64,000 bases of DNA from Epiperipatus broadwayi (GCA_028023455.1 JAQFVV010000010.1:2914001-2978000), one strand, 5' to 3'. Positions 13,761 through 26,090 are shown, counted from the stretch's first letter. Numbers and translations: made by a program. Notes: generated by a model from the sequence alone, not told the origin.

Positions 13761-14505
13761 AACATATATTCAACCTTGCTTTTTGTCTTTATATATTCTT
13801 GATATCTTCCTTAGCTATTTTTTTAGCATTATTTTTCAAATATATTTGGAATTTAGAGTATTTATTTCTTTGTATTTGTATTATAGTAATGTTCTTTCCA
13901 TGAATCAAAGAGTATGTGTTTGTCACAAATTTCACATAGTAATGATAAAAAAATTTATGTTCAAAAAAAGTGAAATATCCAAAGAAATGGTTCATATAAT
14001 AATATTAATTGAAAGCTTTTGCTTTCAGCAATTTCCTGATTTTGAAATTTGAGAAGCAAATTTTTTTTTAATATTTACGATATGGTAATTTAGAAATGGA
14101 GTTTATTCTGTGAATGTACTGTAACGTTTATTTATATACGTTGCAAGTATATTGGCATTTGGTAAAAGCTAAAAAAAAAAAAATAGAAGTAAATTTAGAT
14201 TTTTTTTTTTGACTATAATTTTTTTAAAAAAAAAAAAAAAAACGTACAATGAAAGTTAAATTATTCTTTCGTATTTTTTTTAATGTAATTAGAAATAAAA
14301 GTAGAATTGGAGAGAACAAAAGAATTCCAAAAGCAAGTAAAAAGATAAGCTAAAAGAAAAATATTTTAGCTAATTAAACATGGCCGAAAAACTTGATAAA
14401 AAAATGAGAACTTAGTAATTGAAAAATGATAAAGACTGTATAAGATTATAAACACAAAACGCCATGATAATAGCATGCGCAGAAGTCGGAAAACTGGGCC
14501 TCTAG

Positions 14506-14526
14506 TATAAAAGGCAGAGGTCAGTT
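14506..14526 (+). promoter_or_regulatory. TATA box and TCAGTT initiator-like motif in the 5' LTR
   Basis: TATAAAAG at 14506 and TCAGTT at 14521. The spacing is shorter than canonical. TATAAAAG is also present in the solo LTR near 11020. Confidence 0.4.
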
Positions 14527-15518
14527 TGAAGAACGTCTTGTTCGTTGGTTTCTCTAGTTGGTCTTGGATAACAATAATATATCCAAGATCGCTCTACGCT
14601 GAAGTAATTCGGCATGTCGGAGTGAACCGGAGCTTCTGAAGACATCGTGCCTGAAGATGTATACCAGAAAAGCTTTCGTGACCAACTAGGAGAATGGACC
14701 GCAAGATCAACTAATAATCAAAGGCCGTGAGCTCATTTTAACCCCGAAAAACTATGCATAGTTATCTACAACCATCGTGAATTCACTAAAACTTACCGGT
14801 AAGTTATGCTTCATTATCCTGATTGTGACAAATTTAAGCGTTCGCAAACAATTCTTAAAAATATACGTATAAAAGGATCCCGATAGTGACTTTAATTTAA
14901 TTGATCAAGAGACTCTTATTTAATCAAGAACTTTTTAATTGTTTAACTGTTATTATTTTTTATTAATATTTCACATCTGAATTAAATGTGTTCTCTCCAA
15001 TTTATTTGATAAATAATTGCCTTTCAAATTTTATTTTTTTAATCTATTAGAATAAAAAATATTTCTAATACCAATTTTCATTTGTGCATTATTAATAATA
15101 GTTATTATTTTTTTTTTATTAATTTATTATTAGTTTAATAAGATTTAAAATGTAATTTACCTTTGCCAATATGTTTGAATAAGCCCAGGAATAATAATCT
15201 TAAAAAAATAATTCTCATTACGGTATGATGCAATACCGATTAAGTTAAAAGTATTTTTCTTTTTTTATTTGTGAGATGTTATTTGACTATTTCAGCGGAC
15301 TCTTTAGAATAAAAGGTCCTGGCGCCCATATTAAATAAATTAAAAGCTGATTTCGTCAATAGCATAATTCTCAACTATTAATAGGCCGAGTTGATCAGGA
15401 AATATAGCTATGTTTTTAGAATAGAAATACAACTTTCTTCTTTTTTGACATAGCTTGATCAACTCGCGCGCAGTTTATATTAGCGTGTAGAGGCCTAGCA
15501 AAACGGAAAACGTTATAA

Positions 15519-15543
15519 TGGCTTACCCAACTCGGGCTTCGAT
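15519..15543 (+). promoter_or_regulatory. Primer-binding site, tRNA-Lys(CUU)-like
   Basis: TGGCTTACCCAACTCGGGCTTCGAT starts 1 nt after the 5' LTR. It resembles the complement of the tRNA-Lys(CUU) 3' end, TGGCGCCCAACGTGGGGCTCGAAC, with several mismatches. Confidence 0.55.
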
Positions 15544-18500
15544 TTAACAACCACAACCTGAGATAAGTTGTAATGATAAAGAACGTTACAACGTTGACCC
15601 AAAAAAAAAACTCACAGCCGGAAAATAAATAGTAGTTTTTAAAAAAATTATAAAAACTAACTAACTAATTAAACCCTGATTATTAAAATATAAAAAATAT
15701 TTTTTTAATATGACTTCCAGAAAGAAAAAAATATATGTATATTTTTTTTGATATGTCTAAAAAAAACACGATCGTGGCTGATGTAGACGTAAGTCACAAG
15801 TATTTGACCGGGTAGGCGGTTACTGAAGAGAGGAAAAACATAGCCCCGAGTCCTAGTACGCAGTATATTAACATAAGACCACCTTTATATGCCCATCAGA
15901 CTATTTCTAGCAGGGATCCCAATAAAGGGGAAGGTGGACCAAGTTGCCGCGAGCCTGTAAGACTCAAAACGATGAGCAACGCTCGTTAGTGCTTATAACT
16001 TGGGCTTCTTATTGTTAATATTACATTAAAGCAGAAAGGACACAGATGAATGTGAAATATTTTCCATTCCCGCCGTGTTAGACCTAAAAGTGGGCATTAA
16101 AGCCGAACGTCGCTTGTTGAATGAGTCTACATGACATATCAGCACGCTACTACTAAAAAAAAAAAAACACGAATATGAATTTAAAAACTTAAGAATAAAA
16201 TTAGTGTAAACCCCTATTTTATTCTCATCTCCTAGCGCTGGTGGTATTGTAACGTTTATTTATATACGTTGCAAATATATTGGCATTTGGTAAAAGCTAA
16301 AAAAAAAAATAAAAGTAAATTTAGATTTTTTTTTTGACTATAATTTTTTTTTAAAAAAAAAAAAACGTACAATGAAAGTTAAATTATTCTTTCGTATTTT
16401 TTTTAATGTAATTAGAAATAAAAGTAGAATTGGAGAGAACAAAAGAATTCCAAAAGCAAGTAAAAAGATAAGCTAAAAGAAAAATATTTTAGCTAATTAA
16501 ACATGGCCGAAAAACTTGATAAAAAAATGAGAACTTAGTAATTGAAAAATTATAAAGACTGTATAAGATTATAAACACAAAACGCCATGATAATAGCATG
16601 CACAGAAGTCGGAAAACTGGGCCTCTAGTATAAAAGGCAGAGGTCAATTTGAAGAATGTCTTGTTCATTGGTTTCTCTAGTTGGTCTTGAATAACAATAA
16701 TATATCCAAGATCGCTCTACGCTGAAGTAATTTGGCATGTCGGAGTGAACCGGAGCTTCTGAAGACATCGTGCCTGAAGATGTATACCAGAAAAGCTTTC
16801 GTGACCGACTAGGAGAATGGACCGCAAGATCAACTAATAATCAAAGGCCGTGAGCTCATTTTAACCCTGAAAAACTATGCATAGTTATCTACAACCATCG
16901 TGAATTCACTAAAACTTACCGGTAAGTTATGCTTCATTATCCTGATTGTGACAAATTTAAGCGTTCGCAAACAATTCTTGAAAATATACGCATAAAAGGA
17001 TCCCGATAGTGACTTTAATTTAATTGATCAAGAGACTCTTATTTAATCAAGAACTTTTTAATTGTTTAACTGTTATTATTTTTTATTAATATTTCACATC
17101 TGAATTAAATGTGTTCTCTCCAATTTATTTGATAAATAATTGCCTTTCAAATTTTATTTTTTTAATCTATTAGAATAAAAAATATTTCTAATACCAATTT
17201 TCATTTGTGCGTTATTAATAATAGTTATTATTTTTTTTTATTAATTTATTATTAGTTTAATAAGATTTAAAATGTAATTTACCTTTGCCAATATGTTTGA
17301 ATAAGCCCAGGAATAATAATCTTAAAAAAATAATTCTCGTTACGGTATGATGCAATACCGATTAAGTTAAAAGTATTTTTCATTTTTTATTCATGAGACG
17401 TTATTTGACTATTTCAGCGGACTCTTTAGAATAAAAGGTCTTGGCGCCCATATTAAATAAATTAAAAGCTGATTTTGTCAATAGCATAATTCTCAACTAT
17501 TAATAGGCCGAGTTGATCAGAAAATATAGCTATGTTTTTAGAATAGAAATACAAGTTTCTTCTTTTTTGACATAGCTTGATCAACTCATGCGCAGTTTAT
17601 ATTAGCGTGTAGAGGCCTAACAAAAAGGAAAACATTATAGTACTATTTATACTATGAGAAAATAAAGAAAGATTATAATAGCATTTTATGATTTAAAGCA
17701 TTCAATTTATAGACACAAAAATAAATTCCATTTATAAATGTTTAATTCCTATAGAAACAAAGATTAAATTATTGAATTTTTTTGTTTGTTTCTGCTATAG
17801 ATATTTAAGCACAACATATTATTGTAATCTGACTATATAATTCATAGAATATTAACTTATTTTATAGGGAAGTGCTATGTTCGGACTATGTTTGGATTTG
17901 CAACAATTAATACAATCATGACTTTAATTAAGAATACGAATCAAATAACATATTACAAAGGAATAGAAAAGTTCTCAAGCGCATTATGATGGATTTATAT
18001 TTAATTGCTAAATTATTCTCATTCTTAAATATTAATGTCTCACAAAGTATATAGAAATTTTTACAATATATGTATACAATTACTGGTACTTTCCTATTAT
18101 TCCTGCTACGATGTATTACTCTGTTGATGTTTGTGTCGGTAATAATTATTCAAAGTTTCCATTTATGATATCATGTCATCAAGAATCCTGGCATGACTAA
18201 TCCATGTCGCATAAACTGACCCTTTCTAATCCACCACAATGACATTTTTATCCCCACAATATAATATATTTCTTGCATCATTTGTAAGTAATACAGATTT
18301 ATATTGAAAAATACATTTACGGCTAAAACTTTATACATGGTTTTTTTAAAAAAAATATTTAAAATATAAGGTGAAATTTACAGTTTTTTTTAGGTTAAAA
18401 AAAATGTAAAACTAAAACTTTATGTTACAATTTGCCATTTAAAAATGTTTCAGGGTTCTTTTTTATATCATTGGAAATGAAATGGGTTTTTTTTAGATTT

Positions 18501-20765
18501 GAAGTTTGGTATTACACGTGCTACGATGGCACAGAGTGCCATATTAAGTAGGGGGAAGGAAAATGTTTTTGACAGCTCAAAATGCCAAAAAAAAAAAAAA
18601 GGGTCATATTAAAAACTAATAATTACCTGTTTTTATTTAGTATCATAATGTGGGGTTTTTTTTTTTCCATAATGAATATATCTTTTTATTTTTTTTTAGA
18701 TTTGAAGTTTGGTATTACACATGGTAGACTGTATTACTCCAGTGACATATTATTCTAAGTTTGCGATTTTTTAAAATAAAGCTTCCATAGGATTTTCAGG
18801 CAAATTTTATCGATTAAATTTGTCCACACATCTCTTGGTGATGTTATTTTAATCATATCACAAGCTTAGCATAATACGTCGCCAGATTAATATATCATCG
18901 TGGGTATAATACCAAAGTATCTAATTATCTTCTACATTAATTCAAAGCCCTTATGCATATTAAACAGTAATAGAGACCAATGATGGCCTCTTAAGTTTGC
19001 CTAAATTCCCCTTTAGTGGGGATTAAACTGAGTAAAAAAGTCAATCCAGATCCTTCTTGATTTTTCATCCGTTTTGCAGGTCACTGTCCTTTCTCATGGT
19101 TAATTTGTCTTTTTAATAGTTCTCTTCTATTGTTCTTTGAAATCATTTACTATTGCTATTTTTCTATATATATTTTTCTAAAAGAAAATTATTTAATGTT
19201 ACTAAAATACATCAATGTTTTGAGCAAAGTAATTATAATATAAAATATTCTTAGCAGAACATATTTTCAGTGCAGTATATCTGATTAGTAGAAATCAACT
19301 ATTAAAATGGAAAAAGTATTATTTAACAATAGTGACTAATAATTTTTACATTTGAATAGTTGATTTTTATGAGTCGAGTCTGCATTGAAAGTGTGCTCAG
19401 CTATTAACATTTTATAGTATAATTACTCTGTTAACATGCGTTTGTTTATTTACAATTTATATGCAGATGCTTAATTTATTTTTAATTTTCTCAGTCACAT
19501 ATTAATTTCCTAACAGTAGAATCTCAATTTCATTTATATATTTTTTGTTAATTAAGCAGATAATTAGTTATGTATGAGATTGAGGAACATTTGATCATTT
19601 CTGGTTGATGATTGAGTGCAACACTTCCATTTGATTGACTATATTGAGATTTCTTTTTCCACATTACTCTTAATTCTGAGTTCATGATTTACTTTATCAT
19701 TGCACTAAAATATGCAGCAGATTCATCTAGTTCCATTCTATTACTATAACATTTTTATAAAATATATTCACTTACGATTTTTTTTTCCCAAGAGTGAATA
19801 TTTGGCATTACTTTTAAATGCCAGAAAAAGTTGTAAGTTACTATTTTAATTATTTGTTCAAATACACATTTTAAAAAAACAGCATCATCATGCTCCTGTC
19901 TGTTTTAGTCCAGTGTTAAATGTCAGACTCTGGAGAATAAAGTCCTCAAATTGATTCTAATTCTGCTGTCGCTCCAGCACTCAAACTTCTTATGAACTCC
20001 TAAGCAATAAAGCCGTTAAATTATTTATTTATAAAGCTTTCATGTAATCAAATGATTTTATATATTCAGAATTTTTTTGAAAATTATATTTAAACAGTAA
20101 GAAATTATTATTAATTAAATTTCTTTAAAATTGAAAATTATTAATTACTTTTTACTGAGTATTTACAATAATTTTCTGCAATTATATAATATTCTTTATA
20201 AAATGCAGTTTACAGTTTATTCTGAAAATGATTGATTGAATTTATATTGATTTAAACTTATTCACAGAATAATCAAGTTTGAAAACATTCATAAAATAAT
20301 TTACAAGCCAAATTCCTCAAAAAAATATTTAAATAAGTCTTATATCAATCCATTTCTTTTTTTTGGCACTTATGTAAGAAAGTAGGCATGATTTGCAAGT
20401 TTTGGGAAGCTAGCTTGTGAATTATCATACTAACTTTTTTTACACTTGGTTGTTCTATGTGTTTCTGTATTTTGATATATATATATATATTAATATCTAA
20501 AGTGTAACCTCATTTAATAACTTGTAGTAAAAATTATAATAATAATAGAGCAAAATACAAAGCACATTTAGTATTTTAAACATGGCTCCAGACATGTTAT
20601 TGCTGTTGATTCTTGGGAAAAATAAGTTGTTTTTTTAAATTTAAAGCAGTGTTAATTATTTAAGTTGGGTAAATGTATATAATATTAAAAATTGCTGTTG
20701 AATGTAAATTATTATGAAATAAGTTGATTTTTTGTGGTATTTTTATCAAAATTTTTGTTTTATAG

Positions 20766-20869
20766 TTTATGAGCCAAGTTCTCCTCTTCAAGACCAACCT
20801 TCCACTCCTTTAGAATCCAATACTAGTGATGTCGAACCAGTAAAGTCAAGAGCACTTGCACCAATAGCA
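20766..20869 (+). CDS. Internal coding exon (104 nt, phase 1-0) of the + strand host gene
   Basis: tttttgttttatAG acceptor and gca|GTTAGT donor. Open frame YEPSSPLQDQPSTPLESNTSDVEPVKSRALAPIA with locally raised GC. The phase fits both flanking exons. Confidence 0.72.
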
Positions 20870-21629
20870 GTTAGTATTCATGAATTTATTTTGTAAATTA
20901 AAAGTATATGAATTGAAACATGACTTTTTTAAAAACTGTTACAATCATTATAAAAAAAAGAACTTTATATATATTTTTATCAGATATCATGAATAAATTA
21001 CTTTATTATTCATATCTGAAATAAATATATATATATATATTAAATTAACTATTATGAATTTATTATGATATAAACAAAGTAAAGTGAGGAGCTATTTTCA
21101 TGTAATAACCGGAGATATGTTAGTAGTGGTATTATTAGTAAACCAATTATTATTGGCCATCCTAAGACTAAACTACTTGTTTCTAGTACTCAATTATAGC
21201 ATTTTTGTCTTGAGTTCAATTAGAAACAAAAGGAGGTACCAAAGTAAGGTCAGGACTGCCAATAGTAATTGATGGGTTACCCCTAGCTACACAACTCCTA
21301 ATATACCTTTAATTATTACATCAAAATAGCCCCACACTTTATTTTATTTACATATATGTCATTATTTAGAATATCAATGAAAAAACAACATTAATAGATT
21401 CCATTGTTTGAAAGTTTATGATGATTGACTTTTTTTTACTTGTAATTATATGTTAAAATATTTACATGATCTAGTTAAATCCTTTTAGATAAATTCAAAC
21501 TGTATTTATATTTTATTAAAACAGGCAAAACTCTCTATACAATAGTGTCACTCAGTGCAAGCCAGAGTAATCAATGGATGCCAGAAAGCTTGTGCATAAA
21601 ATCCCTATCTAGTGCCTACTTATCCAATA

Positions 21630-21671
21630 TCCCCAGACTAGTTTCTATTTTGTGGCTTTCATCAGTGAGGA
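21630..21671 (-). ncRNA. Minimal type I hammerhead ribozyme motif
   Basis: UCCUCA-CUGAUGA-AAGCCACAAAAUA-GAAA-CUAG-UC^UGGGGA. Stem I is 6 bp, the core is intact, stem III is the palindrome ACUAGU, and stem II is decayed. Confidence 0.8.
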
Positions 21672-22145
21672 GCCTTGAATCTTAGAGTGTTGCACCTAGA
21701 TCCTAGGAACCTTGGATCTGAGAGCACCGCAGCTAGATCTTAGGATCTAATGCAACCCTCCAGCCACCACCTCTTATCTCTACTTAACTACAAAATTATG
21801 AGTCTAAAATTGAAAATGCAATAATATTTTCAATCCAAGGTCATTAGCCTATATAGTCATATAGGTCTGAACTCAGTTCAGTACCCATACATTTTAAGGT
21901 CTGGTTCTTTAATCACCATAGCCACCACTATCCTATTAGGAAAGATTGGTATTAAACCACTAAACATCACATGATCACCATTTCTTATGCCTGTTGATAA
22001 ATGTTATTAAAACAGGTTAGAGTCTCCATACAGTAGTGCCATTCAGTGAAAGCCAGAAAAATTAATGAATGCCAGAAGGCTTGTGCATAAAATCCCTGTC
22101 TAGTGCCTACTCATCCAATATCCCCAGACTAGTTTCTAGCTTGTA

Positions 22146-22238
22146 TGGGTACTGATGAAAACCATAAGCAGAAACTAGTCTGGAGTGATTCAAGGCTCAT
22201 CACTGATGAAAACCACAAGCTAGAAACTAGTCTGGGGA
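22146..22238 (+). ncRNA. Two adjacent hammerhead motifs 52 nt apart
   Basis: CUGAUGA-AAACCAUAAGCA-GAAA-CUAG-UC at 22152-22180 and CUGAUGA-AAACCACAAGCUA-GAAA-CUAG-UC^UGGGGA at 22203-22238. Both cores are intact; the stems are imperfect. Confidence 0.75.
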
Positions 22239-22643
22239 TATTGGATGAGTAGGCACTAGATAGGGATTTTATGGACGAGCCTTCTGGCATCCGTTGATTA
22301 CTCTGGCTTGCACTGAGTGCACTACTGTATGGAGTGTTTTGCCTGTTTTAATAACAGTTATGAGCAAGCACAAGAAATGGTGATCATGTGATGTTTAATA
22401 CCAATCCTGCCTAATAGGATAGTGGTGGGTATGGTTATTAAAGAACCAAAGACACCAAAATGTATAGGTACTGAATTGAGTTCAGACTTATATGACTATA
22501 TAAGCTAATGAGCTTGGATTGAAAATATTATTGTGTTTTCAATTTAAGACTTATAATTTTGTAGTTAAGTAAAGATAAAAGATGGCTGCTGAAGGGTTGC
22601 ATTAGATCCTAAGATCTAGGTGGTGTGCTCTCAGATCCAAGGC

Positions 22644-22684
22644 TCCTCACTGGTGAAAGCCAAAGCTAGAAACTAGTCTGGGGA
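22644..22684 (+). ncRNA. Hammerhead motif with a core substitution (CUGGUGA)
   Basis: UCCUCA-CUGGUGA-A-AGC-CAAA-GCU-A-GAAA-CUAG-UC^UGGGGA. Stem I is 6 bp and stem II is 3 bp; A6 is changed to G. Confidence 0.75.
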
Positions 22685-24009
22685 TATTGGATGAGTAGAC
22701 ACTAAATAGGGATTTTATGCACAAGCCTTCTGGCATCCATTGATTACTCTGAGCTTGCATTTTGTGGCACTGTATAGAGAGTTTTGCTTATTTTAATATT
22801 AGTTATGAGCAAACATAAGAAATAGTAATCATGTGATATTTATATTTTTACAAATACATTTAACTGATAATAATAACAGAGATTAATGTACAACACAACA
22901 TTTTGGGTGATATTATTCTTTCCTCTTCAGATAAAGAATTGAACCAGTAAGCTTTAGATTCATGTATACTGAATTTAAGGCAATTCTCTTATCCGGTGCT
23001 CAGCATGCTATGACCTGTGCACTATATTTGGTCCTTGACATCAAAATGAAAATGTTATAATCAGTAAATGAAGTAAAACATTATTTTTTTGATGTTGTTA
23101 TAATCAATAAATGAAGCAGAAAGTTATTTTTTAATTATGTAATATTGGCAACCAGAAAAAGAAACTTGAAAAACTATATATACCAATGCAATGGGGTTAA
23201 TTTTGTGTGTGTGTAGATAAACATAAAAGTCATCTTATTTTTCTCAAAAGATACGCATATAAAATGGTATATATAAATAAAAGATTTTTTTTTTTTGTAA
23301 ATATACACGGATTTTTTCACTTTAATAACATATCCTTTATTGGAGAAAATTACTCTAGAAATTTGCTTGAGAGATCATCCCAAATGGATTAAAGTTAGTA
23401 TTGATTTGAAGTAATGGCAAATCAGCAGTCAGTGACAGACCAGTAGATCAAGCAGCAGTGATTAAGTCTAAAATGGAATAGTGGCAAGCACGAAGCAGTT
23501 ACTTGTTTGTGTATAGAAATGGTTATTACCAGTGACGGGTAGTTAATAGAAGCTTAACCAAGCAGCAGAGAGAAGTTAGTAGCGGAGGTAGCTAATACAA
23601 GCCTATAAATTGTGAGTGTCAAAGTAAGCACTGTTATGCAAACTTTAATAGTTTATTCTATATGGACATTATATATGCTTATTTGTGTTTCAAGATATAT
23701 TTGATTTGAAAACACAAATATAATAAACTGGATTACTGATGGTGTGAAAGATTATTTTCATCCGAGGAAAATAAATAGCATATGAATGTTAATGGAATAT
23801 TACCTTTTTATGTTTTTAATGATATTATTATTGTTATTAAATAAATTTTATTATATATACATTTTTTTAAGTATATTGTTTTTATTTAGCTCCCTGACTA
23901 GTTTTTAGAGATCCTCAATACACAGCAGTTGGTGCATCAGACAGAATTCAATACAAGATAAGTTTTACTATGAATAATAAAATATGGCAGCACTATTCTG
24001 TAATCCGTG

Positions 24010-26090
24010 AGTTCAATATAACCAATATGGACTCATGGAAAGGGTATATAGAACACATGGAGTACTATATGTTTATACATAAGTGGAAGATGAGCATCTC
24101 AAAGTATCGACACTTTTCTATTTTATAGGTCAAGACGTTATACCATATAGTTTGCAAATACTGATCTCAAACATCAGAGGAACTTTCATACAAAAAAGTT
24201 GTAGAAATTTTAAATGGATATTTTGCTCTGAGAGTTTCTAAATGGGTAGAGCGGTTGAGATATGTGGATTATGATTTAGCTCTAAGAAAGCTGGTTAAAT
24301 ACTGTGATTTTGGTCCAGAAATAAAGGATTTATTATTGGAATAACTTCTGCATATCATGGAGGATGATAATTTCTGAAATGTATTGCTGAGCGATCCTAA
24401 CCTAAGTTATAAAAGAGTTGTGGAGAAATGTGTTACACAAGAAGCTTTACAAAATAATGCATTGGTGTTTATAGAGCCACAACAGTCAGAGAAAATTTCA
24501 CTAATAAATCAAAAAGTAGTGAAACTTAACTCTCCTACAAAGCATAAGAAACTTTTACCACAAAATACGACCCCCCCCCTTCCCAATAACTTGAAGTCTT
24601 TTGGATTTTCTCTTACCTATATACCTAATATCACCCACTACAACTCTTAAAAATTATCACTCCCACCCATCAAATACCTCTATGCACTGCCCTTCCTCTA
24701 CAATACTTACTTAACAATTCAAAGGATAGTTTGCCAGATGATCTCCACTTCCAGATCAATAATAAGAGGAAATCCTGTGTTCTCCTTTCCAAAAAATGCC
24801 TACTCACCCATCATAATGCAATATGTAAATTAGCATGAATAATATATATATATTCTCCCCTTACTCACTATAATCATTGTTGCATCTATGACTGACACTA
24901 GTTGGAAGCTAGCTAAGCACATTTAGTTAAACTATTTATTAAAGTTTTATTCCATACATTTTTTGTATATATTTATCTTGTTATAGTGTATTTGAGATAA
25001 AGCTTATATTAATTTCATTACATTATTACAGAGATTTGTAGTGATAGAAAAAAAAACAAAAGTGCTATTGTTGTGACAAACCCAGACATTCTAAAAAAGT
25101 ATAAACATAGAAATAAAAATTGTAGAAACTGTGACAAAAAAGATCATTTAGCAACTGTTTGTCATTTTAGGGACAGTAGCTACTAAAGCAAACTATAAAT
25201 CTGAAGGAAAATTAATATGAGAATGTTAGTATAAAGAAACTGAATCACAGAGAAATGGACCACATATATTTAGATGTTTTATTTATGATCAAATAGTAAA
25301 AATGGAAGTGGATAGCAGAGCCAATCTGTCAATGATATCTCACAGAGATTGGATTAGCAGAAAATGTAAAAGGAAGATAACACTTCAAGATACAGATGTG
25401 ATAGCTATAGTCATAAATGGCTATAAAATTGATATTTGAGGAAAAGTGGTTTATAAAATTAATTTCTAGTGTAAAATGGCTGACACTTTATGTAATAAAT
25501 AAAAATTTCAGTTCATTGTTAGGAAGAAATTGTTTCTGACCATTGGATATTTACATAAATATGAATAATAACTTAATTAAACTCTGAAATTTTAAATAGT
25601 ATGACTACAGCAAATTGGGTGGGGGAAAAAATCTTGGACTCCTCGGACTCAAAAAATCTAGGACTCCTCGGACTCGACCACCTATTGATAAAAATGATAA
25701 ATTTCAAAATTGGGACAAGTCCCTAATAAGAGAAAAAACATTGATACATGACTTACATAATTGTAAATGAACACCTAGAAAAATAATTAAAATAATATTT
25801 AAGGATCTAAGAATAGTAAAATTACAGAATGGGTGGGAATTGAAAAGACCTGTTAAACACCTTCATCATCATTATAAAGATACTTTGCCAGATATATATC
25901 TAAATAAGCCCTTAGACAAAAAATTAGAGAAAAAAGATTTTTTATTGAAAGATTGAATTACTGATTTAGACCAATTTAAAGTAATTAATGATAAACAGGT
26001 GTTTGTACAGGAGGAAAATGAAGGCAGAACTATTTCAAAATAAGAAGAAAAAAAAATTATTCTCAAAACTTTGCATGAATGTAAAAATAA
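24010..26090 (+). pseudogene. Gypsy gag-protease-pol remnants
   Basis: Gag DSWKGYIEHMEYY...ELSYKKVVEILNGYF and LSDPNLSYKRVVEKC. Twin zinc knuckles CYCCDKPRH.../CRNCDKKDHLATVC (~25065-25165). Protease KMEVDSRANLSMIS (~25300). Pre-integrase KIILKTLHE (~26050). Confidence 0.85.
24560..24760 (-). pseudogene. Possible Penelope GIY-YIG fragment inserted in gag
   Basis: The minus strand gives GVIIFKSCSG / GDIRYIGKRKSKRLQ across a frameshift. This would explain the G-poor + strand here. Confidence 0.4.

Larger units (their letters stand above)
14120..17639 (+). mobile_element. Young non-autonomous LTR element (two ~1.4-kb LTRs, ~730-bp internal region)
   Basis: LTRs at 14120-15517 and 16248-17639 are about 98% identical by eye. 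Termini TGTAACGTTT...AAAC(G/A)TTATA; 4-bp TSD GTAC at 14116-14119 and 17640-17643. No RT or integrase is present. Confidence 0.92.
21520..22860. repeat. Palindromic array of hammerhead repeat family 1 (two - units, then two + units)
   Basis: The minus units have a 491-nt period (ccccagact at 21631 and 22122). The plus units have a 446-nt period (tctgggg at 22231 and 22677). The arms are reverse complements about a centre near 22150. Confidence 0.92.

Noticed and set aside
14637-14695. Hammerhead-like string in the LTR (CUGAAGA UGUAUACCA GAAA AGCUUUC)
   Set aside because: Stem I cannot form in a register consistent with stem III, stem II is only 2 bp, and the motif is not conserved in the solo LTR.
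18489-18720. ~30-bp direct repeat flanking ~175 bp, and a possible Helitron-like peptide nearby
   Set aside because: The peptide similarity is too weak and no termini were recognisable. It is probably a local duplication in an old repeat.
21520-22860. CRISPR-like repeat array
   Set aside because: The units are 450-490 nt, inverted and lack unique spacers. The context is eukaryotic and there are no cas genes.
22931-22946. 16-nt micro-exon (cttcAG|...|GTAAGC) for the + gene
   Set aside because: It contains an in-frame TGA in the required phase 0 and would break the frame.
24560-24900. G-poor stretch as hypermutation or sequencing artefact
   Set aside because: It is better explained as the antisense strand of a purine-rich GIY-YIG coding fragment.
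25626-25675. 25-bp tandem duplication (aaaaaatct.ggactcctcggactc x2)
   Set aside because: A simple local duplication inside decayed Gypsy pol, with no further copies seen.
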